62,070 nt of DNA, taken from NCBI GenBank assembly GCA_964347305.1, contig CAYFYC010000006.1:1-62070 (forward strand). Reading direction: 5' to 3'. Below, in pieces: positions 56,937 through 62,070 of this stretch (positions within the stretch are counted from its first letter, which is position 1; every line of letters starts with the position of its first letter). A model generated the notes under the pieces. It ran no database searches and was not told the origin of the DNA. It saw nothing but the letters and a program-made list of their open reading frames with translations. The position numbers were made by a program, and so were the translations under genes. Origin of the DNA: an uncultured Acidimicrobiaceae bacterium (GTDB taxonomy: Bacteria > Actinomycetota > Acidimicrobiia > Spongiisociales > UBA5794).

Positions 56937-58226
56937 TCAGCGGGCGCCGAAACCCGACATGACGGTCCAGATGCTCTTCCCGAGAATGTCCAGATCGAGC
57001 CACGGGCTCATGTGCTTCACGTAGTAGAGGTCATAGGTGAGCTTGTCGATGGTGTCGGCATCCCCGTCGGCGTAGCCGTAGTTGACCTGCGCCCAGCCGG
57101 TGAGACCCGGTCTGATGAGATGCCGGTACCCGTAGAACGGGATCGTACGTTCGAAGCGCACGGTGAACATGGGCCGTTCCGGCCGGGGTCCGACGAGCGA
57201 GAGATCGCCCTTCAGCACGTTCCAGAGCTGTGGAATCTCGTCCATGCGGATGCGGCGGAGCCAGCGCCCCACGCGGGTGAGCCTCGCGTCGGCGACCGCG
57301 GCGAATTGGGGCCCCATCGACTCCGCGTTCACCACCATCGAGCGGAACTTGTACAACGTGAACGGAACCCCGTTGCGGCCGACACGTTCCTGTTTGTAGA
57401 TGGCCGGGCCCTCGGAGTCGAGCTTGATGAGTATCCAGAAGACACCACCGAGGACGACCCAGATCGGGAGCGTGGCCAGGACGAGCACGGTGTCGATGGC
57501 TCGCTTGAAGCCGGCATAGGCGTTGGTCTCGACGGGCGTCGACAGCTCCCAGCCCTCGGCGATGTGAACCAATGGGAGCCGACCCGTGTGCTCCTCGTAG
57601 ACGCTGGAGAGAGCGCGCATCGGGAACCCGGCGAGGTTCCACGAAGAGACGTACTGCGCCATCGCATCGGACATCACCGGACGGAGATCCACGGCGAGGG
57701 TGACGCCACGGCTCGGCCGATCGGCCGGCGGCTCACCCGAAGGGTCGTAGACGGCGAGCACGTCGGCATGCGGCGCGGTGCGCATGTCGTCGACGAGGCT
57801 CTTCTCGGACGTGATCACCAGCAGGCTCTCGGTCCAGGGTCGCCGTCTCCTGAACCACCGATGGCCGAAGGCGCCGCCGAGCCAGACCAGCGACGTGATG
57901 CCCAGCACCGAGTTCGAGTGGTAGGGCCTCGCCAGAACGATGCCGATCGCCGTGAAGGCCACGGTGGCACTGATGATGCCCACCGCACGCCCGTAGGAAG
58001 GTCGGGGCGCATTGCGCTTCCAGAGCCTGATGCTCGCGGTGGACGCCCCCACGGCACCGACGGCCAGCAGCACCAGCATCGGCCAGATCGACGATGTGGC
58101 GCTCGCGGGCAGCGACACCTCCCATGGCAGAGGAGTGCCGAAGACGGCCCACAGCCCGATCGTCATTGCGACGAACAGCGCGGTGAGGTCGCTCACGAGA
58201 ACCGTGGAGATGAAGCGCCTGCGCAT
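56937..58226 (-). CDS. Polyprenyl glycosylphosphotransferase (bacterial sugar transferase, WbaP/CpsE-like)
   Basis: N-terminal TM segments, then KRAIDTVL, YKQERVGRNG-PF-LYKFRSM, DEIPQLWNVLKGDLSLVGPRP, GLTGWAQV. Confidence 0.9.
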   Translation of the reverse strand: MRRRFISTVLVSDLTALFVAMTIGLWAVFGTPLPWEVSLPASATSSIWPMLVLLAVGAVGASTASIRLWKRNAPRPSYGRAVGIISATVAFTAIGIVLARPYHSNSVLGITSLVWLGGAFGHRWFRRRRPWTESLLVITSEKSLVDDMRTAPHADVLAVYDPSGEPPADRPSRGVTLAVDLRPVMSDAMAQYVSSWNLAGFPMRALSSVYEEHTGRLPLVHIAEGWELSTPVETNAYAGFKRAIDTVLVLATLPIWVVLGGVFWILIKLDSEGPAIYKQERVGRNGVPFTLYKFRSMVVNAESMGPQFAAVADARLTRVGRWLRRIRMDEIPQLWNVLKGDLSLVGPRPERPMFTVRFERTIPFYGYRHLIRPGLTGWAQVNYGYADGDADTIDKLTYDLYYVKHMSPWLDLDILGKSIWTVMSGFGAR

Positions 58227-58309
58227 CGAGGCGCAAGGTTACCTTCCCGTGCGTGTGCACGAGTTCATGAGCGACCTAAGACTCGGTAAACCGGCTACGC
58301 TCGCTGCCC

Positions 58310-58747
58310 ATGCCTCGCGGTTCCTATGTCCACCACGTCGCCGTTCCCGCGTCCGCGAACGACGTGTGGGCCCGGTTCCAGGACTCGGAGACCTGGGAGG
58401 GCATCGGTCCCATCGACGACGTACGCGACGTGCGCGTCGACGGAGACCGCCTCGTGTCGTTCAGCTGGTCGACCCACGTGGGGCCCTCGAGGTACCGCGG
58501 CCGGTCGACGATCGTCGAGAACGTCCCCGGCAGGCGGATCGTGATGCGGCTCGACAGCACCGAGATGGCCGGCTCGCTCGCCGTCGACCTCGACGAGCAA
58601 TCCGACGAGACCAAGATCGCGGTGACGCTCGCCGTGGTGACGAAGGGAACGATGTCGTCGCTGTTCTTCCCCATCATCTCCGAGACGATCACGAAGGGCC
58701 TGGCGACGCAGGTCGAGGCGTTTGCGGCGACGTGGGACGGCGGCTGA
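58310..58747 (+). CDS. SRPBCC family protein
   Basis: About 145 aa. The opening VAVPASANDVWARFQD and overall pattern are SRPBCC/CoxG-like. Confidence 0.55.
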   Translation: MPRGSYVHHVAVPASANDVWARFQDSETWEGIGPIDDVRDVRVDGDRLVSFSWSTHVGPSRYRGRSTIVENVPGRRIVMRLDSTEMAGSLAVDLDEQSDETKIAVTLAVVTKGTMSSLFFPIISETITKGLATQVEAFAATWDGG

Positions 58748-58750
58748 CCG

Positions 58751-59076
58751 TCACTCGTCCTCGGCGGCCTCCGCCAGCGCAGCCGCGAGACGCATGGTCT
58801 CTTCGCGGTCACCGGTCGACAACTCGGCACGGTCTGTGAGCAGCGTCACCTGGTTCTGGAAGATCTGGAGAAAGCCCCCATGGATGCCCACGGTGACGCG
58901 ACTCCCGTCGGTGGCGCTGATCTCGACTGCTCCCGTCGCCAGGGCCGCCATCGTCGGCTCGTGATCGGCGAGGACGCCGATCTCGCCCTCGACCGTGCGC
59001 GCCACCACGAAGTCGGCCTCACCCTCCCAGATGATCGCTTCCGGGGTGACGACGTCGACGATGAACGACTTCGCCA

Positions 59077-59077
<1 letters not shown>
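58751..59077 (-). CDS. atpC: F0F1 ATP synthase subunit epsilon
   Basis: VVTPEAIIWEGEADFVVARTVEGEIGVLADHEP, located downstream of atpD. Confidence 0.9.
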
Positions 59078-61417
<2,340 letters not shown>

Positions 61418-61422
61418 CGGCC

Positions 61423-62070
<648 letters not shown>

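Overview
This is a high-G+C, densely packed bacterial chromosomal segment. Its gene content and synteny look like Actinomycetota: mycoredoxin, nickel SOD sodN with the sodX protease, ppk1 next to a MutT1-type Nudix/His-phosphatase, an iscS-mnmA...ligA block, korAB, and atpA-G-D-C at the right edge. That taxonomic call is inference from remembered families, not a search. I call about 66 protein-coding genes, many joined by 4-nt ATGA/GTGA start-stop overlaps. I saw no rRNA, tRNA, CRISPR array, intact integrase or transposase. Most long ORFs in the six-frame track that lie antisense to the called genes are Arg/Pro/Gly-rich shadow ORFs of a high-G+C genome and were rejected. Two regions deserve a second look. 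(1) About 1.4-5.2 kb is a visibly lower-G+C island of orphan genes: a divergent pair of distant paralogs, a small ORF, an iteron-like GTTAC/TAACG repeat block and a 5'-truncated prophage/plasmid-type gene. It looks like a decayed integrated element with unknown cargo. (2) 44.7-56.8 kb holds two convergent, translationally coupled operons. One is GNAT, FAD amine oxidoreductase, amidohydrolase, aldehyde dehydrogenase. The other is gabT, C45 Ntn-hydrolase, second GNAT, potABCD. Together they read like a Puu-type polyamine catabolic pathway in which acetylation replaces gamma-glutamylation. Smaller oddities are a NiSOD whose Ni-hook reads HCDLFCG instead of the canonical HCDLPCG, a 1043-aa secreted M15 peptidase fused to about 12 FG-GAP blades, a 2+2 ABC transporter headed by a PGPGW membrane protein, and several convergent gene pairs with 0-3 nt or negative spacing.
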